Source of the DNA: Patescibacteria group bacterium
GTDB lineage: Bacteria > Patescibacteriota > Minisyncoccia > Phycocordibacterales > Phycocordibacteraceae
Direction of reading: 5' to 3'
DNA length: 64,000 nt
NCBI GenBank assembly: GCA_024653825.1
Contig: JANLHF010000039.1
Coordinates: 6,945-70,944, forward strand
Shown: in pieces, positions 34,828-44,651 of the stretch
Position numbering within the stretch: position 1 is the first letter of the stretch
Layout: each line of letters begins with the position of its first letter
Made by a program: the position numbers and the translations under genes
Notes under the pieces: model-generated
The model's input: only the letters and a program-made list of their open reading frames with translations
Told to the model about the DNA's origin: nothing
Database searches by the model: none

Positions 34828-36528
34828 ATGACTCAAGGCGAGGCGCTTACGATTTTAAAAACGGGCGCGAATGTGTATCTCACCGGCGAGCCGGGGAGCG
34901 GGAAGACGTACACCATAAATGAATTCGTCGCGTGGCTGCGCGCCTCGGGCATCGAGCCGTCAGTAACCGCGGCGACCGGTATCGCGGCGACGCACGTCGC
35001 GGGGATGACGCTCCACTCCTGGAGCGGTATCGGTATTAACGAATCGCTCTCCCGCGCCGACGTCGACCGCATCGCGACCAAGGAGCACATCGCGAAACGT
35101 ATTACGAAAGCGAGGGTGCTCATTATTGAGGAAATTTCAATGCTTTCTTCTGCGACATTCGAGATGGCGGACGCTGTTTGCCGCGAGGTGCGTAGAGTCG
35201 ACAAGCCCTTCGGCGGGCTCACAGTCATCTTGGTGGGCGACTTTTTCCAGTTACCACCCGTCTCGCGTAATAGAGAAGTCGCTTTCGCCTATACGTCGCC
35301 GGCCTGGCGCGAATTAAATCTCATCACCTGCTATCTCACCGAGCAGTATCGCCAAGACGACAGTGAATTCCTCAGCGTGCTCTCCGCTATTCGCTCGGGA
35401 GAAGTGGAAGAGATGCACTACGAGCAACTTAGGACACGGCGTGTCCTAAATAAGGAAGAGGAGCCGGCGGATGCGCCAAAACTGTTTTCGCATAATGCCG
35501 ATGTCGATCGCATCAATGCGGCAGAACTTGCAAAACTAAAAGGAACATCGAAGAAATTCAGCATGAGCTCAAAAGGAAAGGATAGTTTCGTGGAGGGACT
35601 GAAGCGCGGCTGTCTCTCGCCTGAGGTGTTGGAGCTGAAGGAGGGCGCGGCGGTGATGTTCACCAAGAACTCGCCCCAAGGGAGATTTGTGAACGGTACG
35701 CTCGGCGTGGTGAGCGGATGGGGTGCTGATGGGGCGCCGATTGTGAAGACAAAAGAGGGGCTACGTATCACGACCGAGCCGATGGAGTGGCAACTTGAAG
35801 AGCAGGGGAAGGTGAAGGCGAGCGTCTCGCAGATACCGCTTCGGCTCGCCTACGCGATGACCGTGCATAAGAGCCAGGGGATGAGTATGGACGCGGCGAT
35901 TATGGATCTCTCGAGAGCCTTTGAATACGGACAGGGTTATGTCGCGCTCTCGCGGGTGCGCCGCCTGAGCGGGGTGTATCTCACGGGGCTCAATCAACGC
36001 GCGCTTGAAGTGCATCCGGAGATTCTTGAAAAAGATAAAGACTTCCGTGCCGCCTCAGAGGCGGCACGCGATGCGTTCGCCCCTCGACCAGACTCGGGGC
36101 AGGCGGGAATGTCTGAAACCGAGAAAATAGCGATGCAGAAGAAATTCGTCAAAGCGATGGGAGGAGCCTGGATGGAAAACACAGGGAGTAGCAAGCAAGG
36201 GGTAGGGAGTAGGAAAAAAGATTCGGCAGGGCTGCCGGGGAGACTGGCAGAGACGTTACAGACCGTGCGCGACGCGAAGAGTTTAAAAGAAGTCGTGAAG
36301 TCGCGCGGGCTCGTCGCCTCGACAATCGTGAAGCATCTGGAGGAGCTCGCAGAGATAGGGAAGCTCGCTCGTTCTGACTTCGCGCATCTCGTCCCCATAG
36401 ACATTGTTGATGAAATCCATGAAGCGCTCAAAGATGAAGACACGGATCGTCTTTCACCGGTATTCCATTCTCTCCACGGCCGGCACTCCTTCGAGACTAT
36501 CCGTCTCGTCCGCCTGATGCGGGATTGA
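34828..36528 (+). CDS. Pif1/RecD-family (AAA_30) DNA helicase
   Basis: It has a Walker A (GEPGSGKT), a TVHKSQGMSMD motif and a C-terminal extension. Confidence 0.8.
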   Translation: MTQGEALTILKTGANVYLTGEPGSGKTYTINEFVAWLRASGIEPSVTAATGIAATHVAGMTLHSWSGIGINESLSRADVDRIATKEHIAKRITKARVLIIEEISMLSSATFEMADAVCREVRRVDKPFGGLTVILVGDFFQLPPVSRNREVAFAYTSPAWRELNLITCYLTEQYRQDDSEFLSVLSAIRSGEVEEMHYEQLRTRRVLNKEEEPADAPKLFSHNADVDRINAAELAKLKGTSKKFSMSSKGKDSFVEGLKRGCLSPEVLELKEGAAVMFTKNSPQGRFVNGTLGVVSGWGADGAPIVKTKEGLRITTEPMEWQLEEQGKVKASVSQIPLRLAYAMTVHKSQGMSMDAAIMDLSRAFEYGQGYVALSRVRRLSGVYLTGLNQRALEVHPEILEKDKDFRAASEAARDAFAPRPDSGQAGMSETEKIAMQKKFVKAMGGAWMENTGSSKQGVGSRKKDSAGLPGRLAETLQTVRDAKSLKEVVKSRGLVASTIVKHLEELAEIGKLARSDFAHLVPIDIVDEIHEALKDEDTDRLSPVFHSLHGRHSFETIRLVRLMRD

Positions 36529-36619
36529 CAAAATAATCCGAGTGTGCTAAGGTTATCTCGGACCTCATATGAGGGATTGTCACGCGGGCCTCGGCCTGCT
36601 TTGAAGGGGGAAATACATC

Positions 36620-37186
36620 ATGCAGACGCAAACATCGCAATTTCCGCGACGCGGCATCCTGACTCTGAAAGGGGTCATCTCGCGCGAACCGGCGAAGCAG
36701 CCGACTGCAGTACCCGCAGCGGAGTCGGCGAAGACTTCGTCGAGACCCGTCGTCGAGTTCAAAGACGGCGTGCAGTTCGTTTTGATTTTCAGCTGCCCGC
36801 GCACGTTCGTGCCGGAGGGTATTCAAACCCCTCCGGCGGACGGCGGCAACGGAGTAACGGCAGGCTCGGCCGAGGAAGGCCTTCGCTTCAGCAAGGCGAA
36901 AGTCGACCTGGGCGGGCTGCTAGCTCGCTGCACCGTGGACAGCATCAACGTCCGTGAGCAGAAGGGGTATTGCAGGGTGTACGTCAACTGCACCATTGCG
37001 GCAAACGGTGACGGTTTTGGTCCCTGGAAGGGCTCGTACGAACGCTTCGTGCGCCGGGAACTGGCGCGAGTTTGGAAGCGCGCCGTGGCGAAGCTGCACC
37101 CGGACGGGAAGACCTCGCTCGAGCTGCGCGACATCTGCAAGGACGCCGTCGCGGGCGTCACCATCAGGTTCGCGATCAAGGGTTGA
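36620..37186 (+). CDS. Hypothetical protein (188 aa)
   Basis: The ORF is preceded by a promoter-like TTGACA-17-TAAGGT that overlaps the helicase stop. Confidence 0.4.
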   Translation: MQTQTSQFPRRGILTLKGVISREPAKQPTAVPAAESAKTSSRPVVEFKDGVQFVLIFSCPRTFVPEGIQTPPADGGNGVTAGSAEEGLRFSKAKVDLGGLLARCTVDSINVREQKGYCRVYVNCTIAANGDGFGPWKGSYERFVRRELARVWKRAVAKLHPDGKTSLELRDICKDAVAGVTIRFAIKG

Positions 37187-37226
37187 TCACGGATGTTTCA
37201 GAAGGGGGGCCACCAGCCTCCCTTTT

Positions 37227-37991
37227 TTATTTTCCTGCAAGAAGCGATTTAATGAGATGTTCAGTGTCGGACGGATCTTTGACTGCCTTTGTCTGTGCCT
37301 CTGTTTTATACACCGCTTCATCGTTACCGCCCGACCCGAGCTCATCGCCGACATAGAGGGCCTCGGATTCTTTAATACCGAGCCGTTCACAGAGTTGATG
37401 GATGCCGTACGCTTTGTCGATGCCGTGTTTCGTCACGTCGATGCTTGTGGCGCCGCCGATGCTGGCAGAAAACTGGGGCAGTCGCTTTGCGATTGCCGTT
37501 TGGAGGGCGTGTCGTTTTTTATGATTAGGGTCCCATTCTTTTTTGAGTGCGATAGGTGCCTGTTGACCGAGAGCGGAGAAGGTGACCTGACCTCCGCGAT
37601 ATTCGATACGTTCGCCGTGCGTGGGTTCTGAGAGATCGACGAGACCGGTCTCCTTCACCGCGGCACCGATAGCTACTTCGATAGTGTCTTTTTCTTTTTC
37701 TGAAAGGCGTTCCTCGTAAATTTTTTTCCAACTTGCTCCGAGCAAAGTCGAGGAGTCGTCGTATTCGTAGAGTGCGGCGCCGCTCGTCGGGAGGATGTAA
37801 AGATGTGCGAGATTTGCTGCGACCGGCAGTCGCGAGACGACCTGTTTAAGAAATTGTGAAAGCGCGCCGCCGGAGATGACGGCAACGCGCGTGGTCGCGA
37901 GAAGTTTCGCGACGAGTGCAGCCATCTCGTCGGTAAGGGGCTGCTTACTCTCCGCGAGCGTGCCGTCCAAATCAAAGAAGATGAGCTTCAT
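37227..37991 (-). CDS. HAD-IIB family phosphatase (Cof / mannosyl-3-phosphoglycerate phosphatase-like)
   Basis: It has the FFDLDGTL motif and a cap domain. Its start overlaps the upstream GH130 gene stop. Confidence 0.75.
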   Translation of the reverse strand: MKLIFFDLDGTLAESKQPLTDEMAALVAKLLATTRVAVISGGALSQFLKQVVSRLPVAANLAHLYILPTSGAALYEYDDSSTLLGASWKKIYEERLSEKEKDTIEVAIGAAVKETGLVDLSEPTHGERIEYRGGQVTFSALGQQAPIALKKEWDPNHKKRHALQTAIAKRLPQFSASIGGATSIDVTKHGIDKAYGIHQLCERLGIKESEALYVGDELGSGGNDEAVYKTEAQTKAVKDPSDTEHLIKSLLAGK

Positions 37992-40102
37992 GAAAGCGAA
38001 TCGAGAATGTGCGCGAGCGACGCCGTCGCGACGCCGGTGACTTTGTCGGCTGCGCCGTAGTAGAGGAAGATGGTATCGCCGCGCACGGCGGCACCGCAGG
38101 AGAAGACGACGTTATCGCGTTCGCCGTGCTTTTCGTACAGCGTCTGGGGCATAAGGACAGGAGCATCAAGGCGCGCTTGGACCTGCAGGCCGGACGGGTC
38201 AAGAAATGCGGCTCCGAGTCCGTAGACGCCATTCTCCCCAATGCCGTGATAGAACATAAGCCATCCATCTTGCGTTTTGATCGGTGGTCCCGCGACCCCA
38301 ACTTTTTTACTATCCCATGCCCCGGCGCGGGGATGAAGTATTTCAATACAGCGAGAGATACGTTTCGTAAATGAGAGATCGCCAACGAGCGCCGCACATA
38401 TTCGGTCGCCGATGCGGTGGTACAACATATATTCTCCGCGCACTTTTTCCGGAAGAAGACAGAGGTCCTTGTCGTCAATGTTTTCAGTTGTGACGGGAGT
38501 CGGCATACTCCAGCGGTCGAAGCGTTTTGCGAGGAAGTCGTCACAGGAAATCGAAGTGATAACCCCTTTCGCCTTTCCTGTATCGCCGGCGGCGACATAG
38601 GTCATATATAATCGCCCATCGATGATGACCGCGCGCGGGTCTTCGCATCCGGAGTTCAGGTGGGAATATTTCTGCTCAAACTCAGCGCGCGGGCGATAAG
38701 CGGGTTCGGTGAGGCGTTCATCCAAGTGGATGCCATCTTTTGAACGAGCATAACCGATTGTGGAGATATGATCTGTGCTCATCGCCCGATAGAGTATATG
38801 AATAGAGCCGTCCATATCGATAGCGGCGGCATTAAAGGTTGCACGACTCTCAAAACCGGTTCCGCGCGGATTGAGAATCGGGTTCTCTGGTGCGCGAACG
38901 AACAATGATTTTAATGGGAAGGCGTCTGATTTCAGGAGGTGAGGGGAGTTCTGCTCGCTTGATACGAGTTTTGGCTTCGACACTGCTCGGAGTTCCCCGC
39001 GCGAAAGTGCTTGTACGAATGCCCGAAATGGAACGGACGCCGTGGAAACAGTCATTTCTCCGCTTCCGTAATATAGGGAAAGCGTATCACCAGTAACGGC
39101 TGCTCCACAGGCATACGCGATGCCCGGCTTCCACTCATTTTCATAAGGAGCGTCCGGTTCGAATACCGGCACCGCTGCGCGCGCGACGATCTTTGTTGGG
39201 TCGGCGAGGTCAAGGAGCAATGCTCCCCATTTGTAGCGCGTCGGCTCTGCCGCATCGTGTGCGTGATAGAAAACGAGCCACCCGAGTTCGGTTTTAATCG
39301 GTGGCGGCCCGGCGCCCTGCGCGTGGGTATGCCACGCAACGAGCATACTCGGAACCTTCATCGGGTCGGGACTTACGAACGTCCTCTTGGAGAGGTCTGC
39401 GAGATCATCGGTGTACTCAATGCGCACTCGGTTGTTGTCGTCACCGATGATGCTGTGCAGAACAGCGAATTTCCCACCAATCTTTTCTGGAAATAAGACC
39501 CAGTTTTTATGTATGTGACCCGGCGGGGAAATGAACACTGGTGGACTCCAACGGTCAAAGCGATGAGCGATGAAATCATCGGGAGCGATTGAAGCGACGG
39601 TTACTCGAATTATATCTTTTTCATCAAATGCGTAGAATACAAGATAGACTCGATTTTCTACAAGGACGAGACGTGCATCTTCGCACCCGCCCCAACTCCC
39701 ACCAGAAGCGTAGATTGTTGGCGCGTATCGCGCAACGGTGGGTGCGCCGGCGATGCGCGGGTACCGAATTGTGTACACCGGACTCGACAAGCGTTCGTCA
39801 AAAACGACGCCGTCCTTCGACGATGCGTAGCCGAAGCGCGAGACGCCGTCCTCTCCAATCGCCCGATAAAAAAGATGCGTTCGTCCGCCAAGGACGAGAG
39901 CCCCGGGGTTGAAGACCGCTTTATTTTCCCATTCGTTTTTCGTCGGCTTCAAGATCGGGTTCTGGGATGCGCGAGTAAGCCGGGGGCTGTTGTGGTGAGA
40001 AGGAGAATTGCGAAACGCGCGGAAAAAAACGCCGAAAAGAGTTCCCACAATGAAGAAGGAAAAGAGCAGTGCAATTAGATTCGCTGCAAAGGGAAAGCTC
40101 AT
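37988..40102 (-). CDS. Tandem GH130-family glycoside phosphorylase (two beta-propeller domains) with an N-terminal transmembrane anchor
   Basis: Two copies of the GH130 signature are present (NPGA...LFYRAIGEDGVSRFGYASSKDG and NAAAIDMDGSIHILYRAMSTDHISTIGYARSKDG). Confidence 0.7.
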   Translation of the reverse strand: MSFPFAANLIALLFSFFIVGTLFGVFFRAFRNSPSHHNSPRLTRASQNPILKPTKNEWENKAVFNPGALVLGGRTHLFYRAIGEDGVSRFGYASSKDGVVFDERLSSPVYTIRYPRIAGAPTVARYAPTIYASGGSWGGCEDARLVLVENRVYLVFYAFDEKDIIRVTVASIAPDDFIAHRFDRWSPPVFISPPGHIHKNWVLFPEKIGGKFAVLHSIIGDDNNRVRIEYTDDLADLSKRTFVSPDPMKVPSMLVAWHTHAQGAGPPPIKTELGWLVFYHAHDAAEPTRYKWGALLLDLADPTKIVARAAVPVFEPDAPYENEWKPGIAYACGAAVTGDTLSLYYGSGEMTVSTASVPFRAFVQALSRGELRAVSKPKLVSSEQNSPHLLKSDAFPLKSLFVRAPENPILNPRGTGFESRATFNAAAIDMDGSIHILYRAMSTDHISTIGYARSKDGIHLDERLTEPAYRPRAEFEQKYSHLNSGCEDPRAVIIDGRLYMTYVAAGDTGKAKGVITSISCDDFLAKRFDRWSMPTPVTTENIDDKDLCLLPEKVRGEYMLYHRIGDRICAALVGDLSFTKRISRCIEILHPRAGAWDSKKVGVAGPPIKTQDGWLMFYHGIGENGVYGLGAAFLDPSGLQVQARLDAPVLMPQTLYEKHGERDNVVFSCGAAVRGDTIFLYYGAADKVTGVATASLAHILDSLS

Positions 40103-40171
40103 AGCAAATGAACTTCTTTACCATACCATCTAAAGGGCACGTAACGGCGCACCAATACACAGTTTTATATG

Positions 40172-41875
40172 TTATGCGCGCGGTTTGAATGCGGCACGCA
40201 ATGCATTCAGAATGACAGTGACATCGATGCCTTCTTGAATGACGGCGCCTTCGACCGGAACGATGAAGCCGAATGCGGCGAAGAGCATCCCGACCGTCGA
40301 GAGGCCGATACCGGCGTAGACACTCTGTCCCGCGATATGCACCGAACGTTTTGAAAGGGCGAACAGTTCGCGGATAAGCATCACGTCGCGCCCGAGTATC
40401 GCGACGCCGGCTGCTTCAATGGATGCGCTATTTTCGGTTCCGGAAAAGACAATGCCGATATCCGCCTTCGCCAGAGCCGGCGCGTCATTGAGTCCGTCGC
40501 CGACCATCGCGACCTTCTCGCCACGTCTTTTTGCCTCTTCAACAAGACGGTATTTTTCCTCCGGTGTGCAGTCAGCGCAGATATCAAGCGAGAGACCGGC
40601 AAAGACGGCATCTGCATGATCCTTGCGGTCGCCGGTCAGTACCGCGACCTTGTAACCGGCTCCCGAGAGTTCCGTGAGAAATGTTTTTGCATTCTCTTTC
40701 AGCACATCAGCGAAGTGAAAAACTGCGAGAGGATTCCCGTCGCCGGTAAGAAGAAGCGAGATGCCGCCCTCCTTATGATCGCCTTCGGGGGCCTGTTCGA
40801 GCGTGAGATAGCTCCCCGCGACGGTTCCGGCGATGCCGGTGCCAAGTATCTCGCTCGCATCGGTCGCCGGAACAGGCGAGAGTCCGCGTGCCTTCGTCTC
40901 GGATATGACGGTTCGCGCGAGCGGATGGATGGAGTGATATTCAAGCGCAGCGGCGAGAGAGAGAGCCGCATCTTCGGTAAGTTCGCTTGTCTTGAGCGTT
41001 ATCGCCGTGAGTTGAGGTTCTCCGAGCGTGAGTGTGCCCGTTTTATCAAAAAAGATGGTCGTGATGCCGCTGATCGATTCAAGTGTTGCAGGCGTCTTCA
41101 CGATAATATTCCTGCTCGCGGCGCGCGAGAGACCGCCGATGAACGCGACTGGCGCCGCGATAATAAGCGGGCAGGGAGTCGCGATAACAAGGACCGCGAG
41201 CACGCGAAGGATGTCGCCGGTCAGGAGATAAGCACCGCTTGAGATAAGCAGGGTGAGAAGAGTGAACGGGAGGTTCGCCCGCGTGGTGAGTCGTACGAAG
41301 GGCGCCTGATGCTGTTGGGCATCCTTCACGAGGTCGACGATTTTTGCATACGTCGACGTCGCGAGCGTGCCGGAGACGGTGAGTTCGAAGGCTTCGCCCA
41401 CGTTCACACTACCGCTCTTGATAACCGCCCCCTGCGCAAGCGTTTCGGGCAAAGGTTCGCCCGTTAGGTTCGCGAGCGAGAGTACGGCGCGCGGCGACGA
41501 GAGGAGACCATCGAGCGGGACGAGCTCGTTGCCGCGCACGACGATGGTCGCGCCGGTAAGCACCTCGGCGAGCGGCACCTCGGCGAGCGTGTTGTCGGGG
41601 CTCTTCACGAGCGCTGTCTTCGGGATGCGAGCGAGGAGGGCGGCGAGCGAGGCTCGCGCGCGCCGGCCCGCATAGGCTTCGAGCGCCTCTCCTCCCGTAT
41701 ACATGACGGCGATGACCGCGCCCGCGAGATACTGTTGCGTGTAGAGTGCTAATGCCATCGCGAGAAATGCGATGAAGTCTATAGACTTGCTTCCTGCACG
41801 GATTTCGCGATAGGCGACAACGAAGAGGTATGCGATGCCGATACAGATAATAACGAGGTAGATGGTGGACAGCAT
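40172..41875 (-). CDS. P-type cation/heavy-metal ATPase (P1B-like, lacking an N-terminal metal-binding domain)
   Basis: It has the DKTGTLT phosphorylation site, the GDGLNDAPAL hinge and a transmembrane PCP motif. The start is set at an internal Met to avoid overlapping the divergent gene. Confidence 0.8.
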   Translation of the reverse strand: MLSTIYLVIICIGIAYLFVVAYREIRAGSKSIDFIAFLAMALALYTQQYLAGAVIAVMYTGGEALEAYAGRRARASLAALLARIPKTALVKSPDNTLAEVPLAEVLTGATIVVRGNELVPLDGLLSSPRAVLSLANLTGEPLPETLAQGAVIKSGSVNVGEAFELTVSGTLATSTYAKIVDLVKDAQQHQAPFVRLTTRANLPFTLLTLLISSGAYLLTGDILRVLAVLVIATPCPLIIAAPVAFIGGLSRAASRNIIVKTPATLESISGITTIFFDKTGTLTLGEPQLTAITLKTSELTEDAALSLAAALEYHSIHPLARTVISETKARGLSPVPATDASEILGTGIAGTVAGSYLTLEQAPEGDHKEGGISLLLTGDGNPLAVFHFADVLKENAKTFLTELSGAGYKVAVLTGDRKDHADAVFAGLSLDICADCTPEEKYRLVEEAKRRGEKVAMVGDGLNDAPALAKADIGIVFSGTENSASIEAAGVAILGRDVMLIRELFALSKRSVHIAGQSVYAGIGLSTVGMLFAAFGFIVPVEGAVIQEGIDVTVILNALRAAFKPRA

Positions 41876-41904
41876 ACGAGTATCAATAGTATATAGTATG
41901 CGGT

Positions 41905-42459
41905 ATGGCACTCGACATTCAGCTTTTCCATCTCCTCAATAACCTCGCGGGGCAGTCGCCCTTTTTTGACAACATCATCGTATTTTTTGCTGAGTATCTG
42001 GCGTACCTTCTCATCGCTCTTTTCCTCGCTCTTCTCTTCTTCTCGCTCTATCCCAAAAGGGAGAAGCTGGAAATACTGCTCGTGACCGGCAGTTCAGCCT
42101 TCATTGCCCGTTTTGGCGTTGCTGAGGTTATTCGGCTGTTTATTCATCGTCCGCGTCCATTCTTGGCGATGCCGGTTCATCAGCTCATCACCGACAGCGC
42201 ATGGTCGTTCCCCTCGGGGCATGCGACGTTCTTCTTCGCGATGGCGACGGCGGTCTATCTTTATCACAAGAAGTGGGGGGCCTTCTTTTTTGTCGCGGCG
42301 ATATTCGTGACCGCGGGCCGTGTGATGGCCGGCGTCCACTATCCGTCCGACATTATAGGCGGGGCGCTGATAGGAATCCTCACAGCCTACGCTGTCTTCG
42401 CCGTTACCCGCAAACTTTTCCCTCCACGGGGTCTGCAAAACACTATTTCAACCTATTGA
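41905..42459 (+). CDS. PAP2-family phosphatase (undecaprenyl-diphosphatase/BcrC-like)
   Basis: It has the SFPSGHA and GVHYPSD motifs and transmembrane segments. Confidence 0.75.
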   Translation: MALDIQLFHLLNNLAGQSPFFDNIIVFFAEYLAYLLIALFLALLFFSLYPKREKLEILLVTGSSAFIARFGVAEVIRLFIHRPRPFLAMPVHQLITDSAWSFPSGHATFFFAMATAVYLYHKKWGAFFFVAAIFVTAGRVMAGVHYPSDIIGGALIGILTAYAVFAVTRKLFPPRGLQNTISTY

Positions 42460-42529
42460 CAGAAACTTGTCAATATGTTATCATCTAAATAACGAGGTAG
42501 CTATTGGCTATTTCGGTAACTAAATTCCA

Positions 42530-43069
42530 ATGTTATCACTTACAGCCCTTATGGGGTTTTTCCTTTTCTCGGGTATGCCGGCGCCGGCGATAGTGCCGGA
42601 GGCGTCGTTGCCGAGCTACGCCGTAACGCTTACGGCGTATAATGCCGTTCCGGCCCAGACCGACGGCAATCCTCTCGAGACCGCCTCGGGTGCCTTTTCC
42701 AATCCTGAAGTTGTCGCTGCGCGTTCTCGAGATCTTGCTGACACACTACCGTTCGGTACCATCATCGAACTTGATGGCTCGGACGCTTTGAATGCTTCGT
42801 GCGGATATAGTGTCGTGCATCCGGTCATCGGTTATCGCGTCATCGCGGATACGATGAATGCGCGCTTTACCAAGCGTGTCGACGTGCTTCTCACGACGAA
42901 GGCAGACTATACTACGACCGATAAAGGAATGAAGAACGCTGCGCAGGTGCTCGGCATCTGTAATGGCGTCACCATTCGCGTTGTTGGCCACATTGATATC
43001 AAGCATATGCCGAAAACACAGGCCGAACTCTCGAGAATCGTTCGAGGAGTTGAGCTCGCTCTCAAGTGA
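42530..43069 (+). CDS. 3D-domain (MltA-like) cell-wall-associated protein
   Basis: The TLTAYNAVPAQTDGNPLETASG 3D motif is present, with an N-terminal transmembrane/signal segment. Confidence 0.65.
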   Translation: MLSLTALMGFFLFSGMPAPAIVPEASLPSYAVTLTAYNAVPAQTDGNPLETASGAFSNPEVVAARSRDLADTLPFGTIIELDGSDALNASCGYSVVHPVIGYRVIADTMNARFTKRVDVLLTTKADYTTTDKGMKNAAQVLGICNGVTIRVVGHIDIKHMPKTQAELSRIVRGVELALK

Positions 43070-43081
43070 TACTCTTAGCGC

Positions 43082-43735
43082 ATGGGGAAACTCACGCGCG
43101 CACAATCAGGATTCACCGCGAGCGAATATAAAACGCTCGTGGGGCTCACGACACCCATCAAGATACAAGACTTCCTTGACTCACTCCCGATGAATTGGGA
43201 GAAGAAGGGAGATACTCATATGTCACCGCGCCGCGTGCTGAAAGAAAAGAAGGCGCACTGCATCGAGGGTGCGATGCTCGCTGCCGCCGCACTCTGGATA
43301 ACAGGCGAACGGCCCCTCATCATGAACATCTCGCCAAGGATGGGAAAGGGCGACGACGACCATGTCGTCGCGCTCTATAAGCGCGGCGGACGTTGGGGCG
43401 CCATCAGTAAGACGAATCATGCTACCATACGATTCCGCGATCCGATCTACCGCACGCTCCGCGAGCTCGTGCTCTCCTATTTCCACGAATGGTTCCTGAA
43501 CTCGACCGGCGAAAAATTGTTGGAGTGCTACAGTCGACCGCTTGACATGCGACGCTTCGGCACCGACTGGCTCACGTCAGAAAAAGATTTGTGGGAAGTC
43601 GCCGATGCTCTTAGCGAACTGCCACACGATTATCTCGTCCCAAAAGGGAATTGGCGCTTTGTCCGCAAGGCCGACCCGATGGAGCGCAAAGCCGGAAAAC
43701 TTATCGAGTGGGAGAAGTCAGATTCTCGAACATAG
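43082..43735 (+). CDS. Transglutaminase-like/papain-fold putative cysteine peptidase
   Basis: A Cys-His arrangement (KAHCIEGAMLAAAAL ... DDDHVVALYKRGGRWGAIS) is present. The gene lies 13 bp after the 3D gene. Confidence 0.35.
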   Translation: MGKLTRAQSGFTASEYKTLVGLTTPIKIQDFLDSLPMNWEKKGDTHMSPRRVLKEKKAHCIEGAMLAAAALWITGERPLIMNISPRMGKGDDDHVVALYKRGGRWGAISKTNHATIRFRDPIYRTLRELVLSYFHEWFLNSTGEKLLECYSRPLDMRRFGTDWLTSEKDLWEVADALSELPHDYLVPKGNWRFVRKADPMERKAGKLIEWEKSDSRT

Positions 43736-43749
43736 TGTAGGATGCCGTT

Positions 43750-44190
43750 ATGGCAAAAAAGAAACCAACATATCCCGCCGCCGCGAGGCCGGAGCCCGCT
43801 TTGGCGAGGAAAAGGCCCGAGGGAGTTCGAGTCGGGAGAGCGAGCGCCGGGCTCGGGCTCTTCGCGACACGACCCTACAAGAAAGGCGAACGTGTCATCG
43901 AGTACGTTGGCCGGACGCTCACGAATGCCGAAGAATATTCAAGCCGCAGTAAGTATCTCTTTGAGGTGAATAAGAGGAAGACCATTGACGGCTCGATGCG
44001 CTCTAACATTGCGCGCTATATCAACCATTCCTGTAAGCCCAATTGTGAGCCGGAAATAGAGAGGGGACGTATTTTTATCGATGCGATTAGGAACATCAAA
44101 GAAGGAGAGGAGTTCGTCTACGACTATGGTGAAGAGTATTTTAATGAACATATCAAGCCCTATGGCTGTCGCTGTGCGAAGCATACGTAA
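43750..44190 (+). CDS. SET-domain protein lysine methyltransferase with a post-SET Cys cluster
   Basis: It has the NHSCKPNC and EEFVYDYG motifs and a C-terminal CRCAKH. Confidence 0.8.
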   Translation: MAKKKPTYPAAARPEPALARKRPEGVRVGRASAGLGLFATRPYKKGERVIEYVGRTLTNAEEYSSRSKYLFEVNKRKTIDGSMRSNIARYINHSCKPNCEPEIERGRIFIDAIRNIKEGEEFVYDYGEEYFNEHIKPYGCRCAKHT

Positions 44191-44195
44191 AAAGA

Positions 44196-44226
44196 AAACG
44201 CCCCGCTTCGCGGGGCGTTTTCTTTA
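44196..44226. terminator. Bidirectional intrinsic terminator
   Basis: The sequence is aaaacgccccg-cttcg-cggggcgtttt. Confidence 0.7.
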
Positions 44227-44236
44227 GCTCGATTGT

Positions 44237-44306
44237 TACTACCAAGCGAGCCGAGTGACGAACAAGTTCTTACTTGATTCGTCCGAGGCAAGCTTAGGGA
44301 GCAAGC
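44237..44306. repeat. E3 repeat, copy A: conserved 5' and 3' boxes flanking a variable hairpin
   Basis: The sequence is TACTACCAAGCGAGCCGAG-tga-[hairpin]-TCCGAGGCAAGC..AGGGAG.AAGC. The same boxes occur at 60657..60728 with a different but still paired stem. Confidence 0.6.
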
Positions 44307-44320
44307 TCGGCTTTGCGAGC

Positions 44321-44530
44321 TTAGATCGTGCTGACGTTGAGGGCGTTCGGGCCTTTCGGGCTGTCGCCGATCTCAAACGAAACCTTTGCTCCCTCCTGGA
44401 GCTCGTCGAACGAAATGTTCCGGAGCTCGTTGGAATGGAAGAACAGGTCCTTAGAACCTTCCGGTGCTCCGTCGACTTTAATGAAGCCGAAGCCCTTCTC
44501 GTTCTTCTTGATTACTGTACCATTTTGCAT
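44321..44530 (-). CDS. cspA: Cold-shock protein
   Basis: It has an RNP1-like KGFGFI motif within a canonical CSD. Confidence 0.9.
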   Translation of the reverse strand: MQNGTVIKKNEKGFGFIKVDGAPEGSKDLFFHSNELRNISFDELQEGAKVSFEIGDSPKGPNALNVSTI

Positions 44531-44651
44531 ACTGCAGATTGATAGATTGTGTGACTAAGATATCAAATCAGTAGCTGAAGATAGAAGCTCGATCCCACTT
44601 CTCTGGATCCCGCTCTGGTTGATATGCACAGGATAGCAGACACACTCTTTT

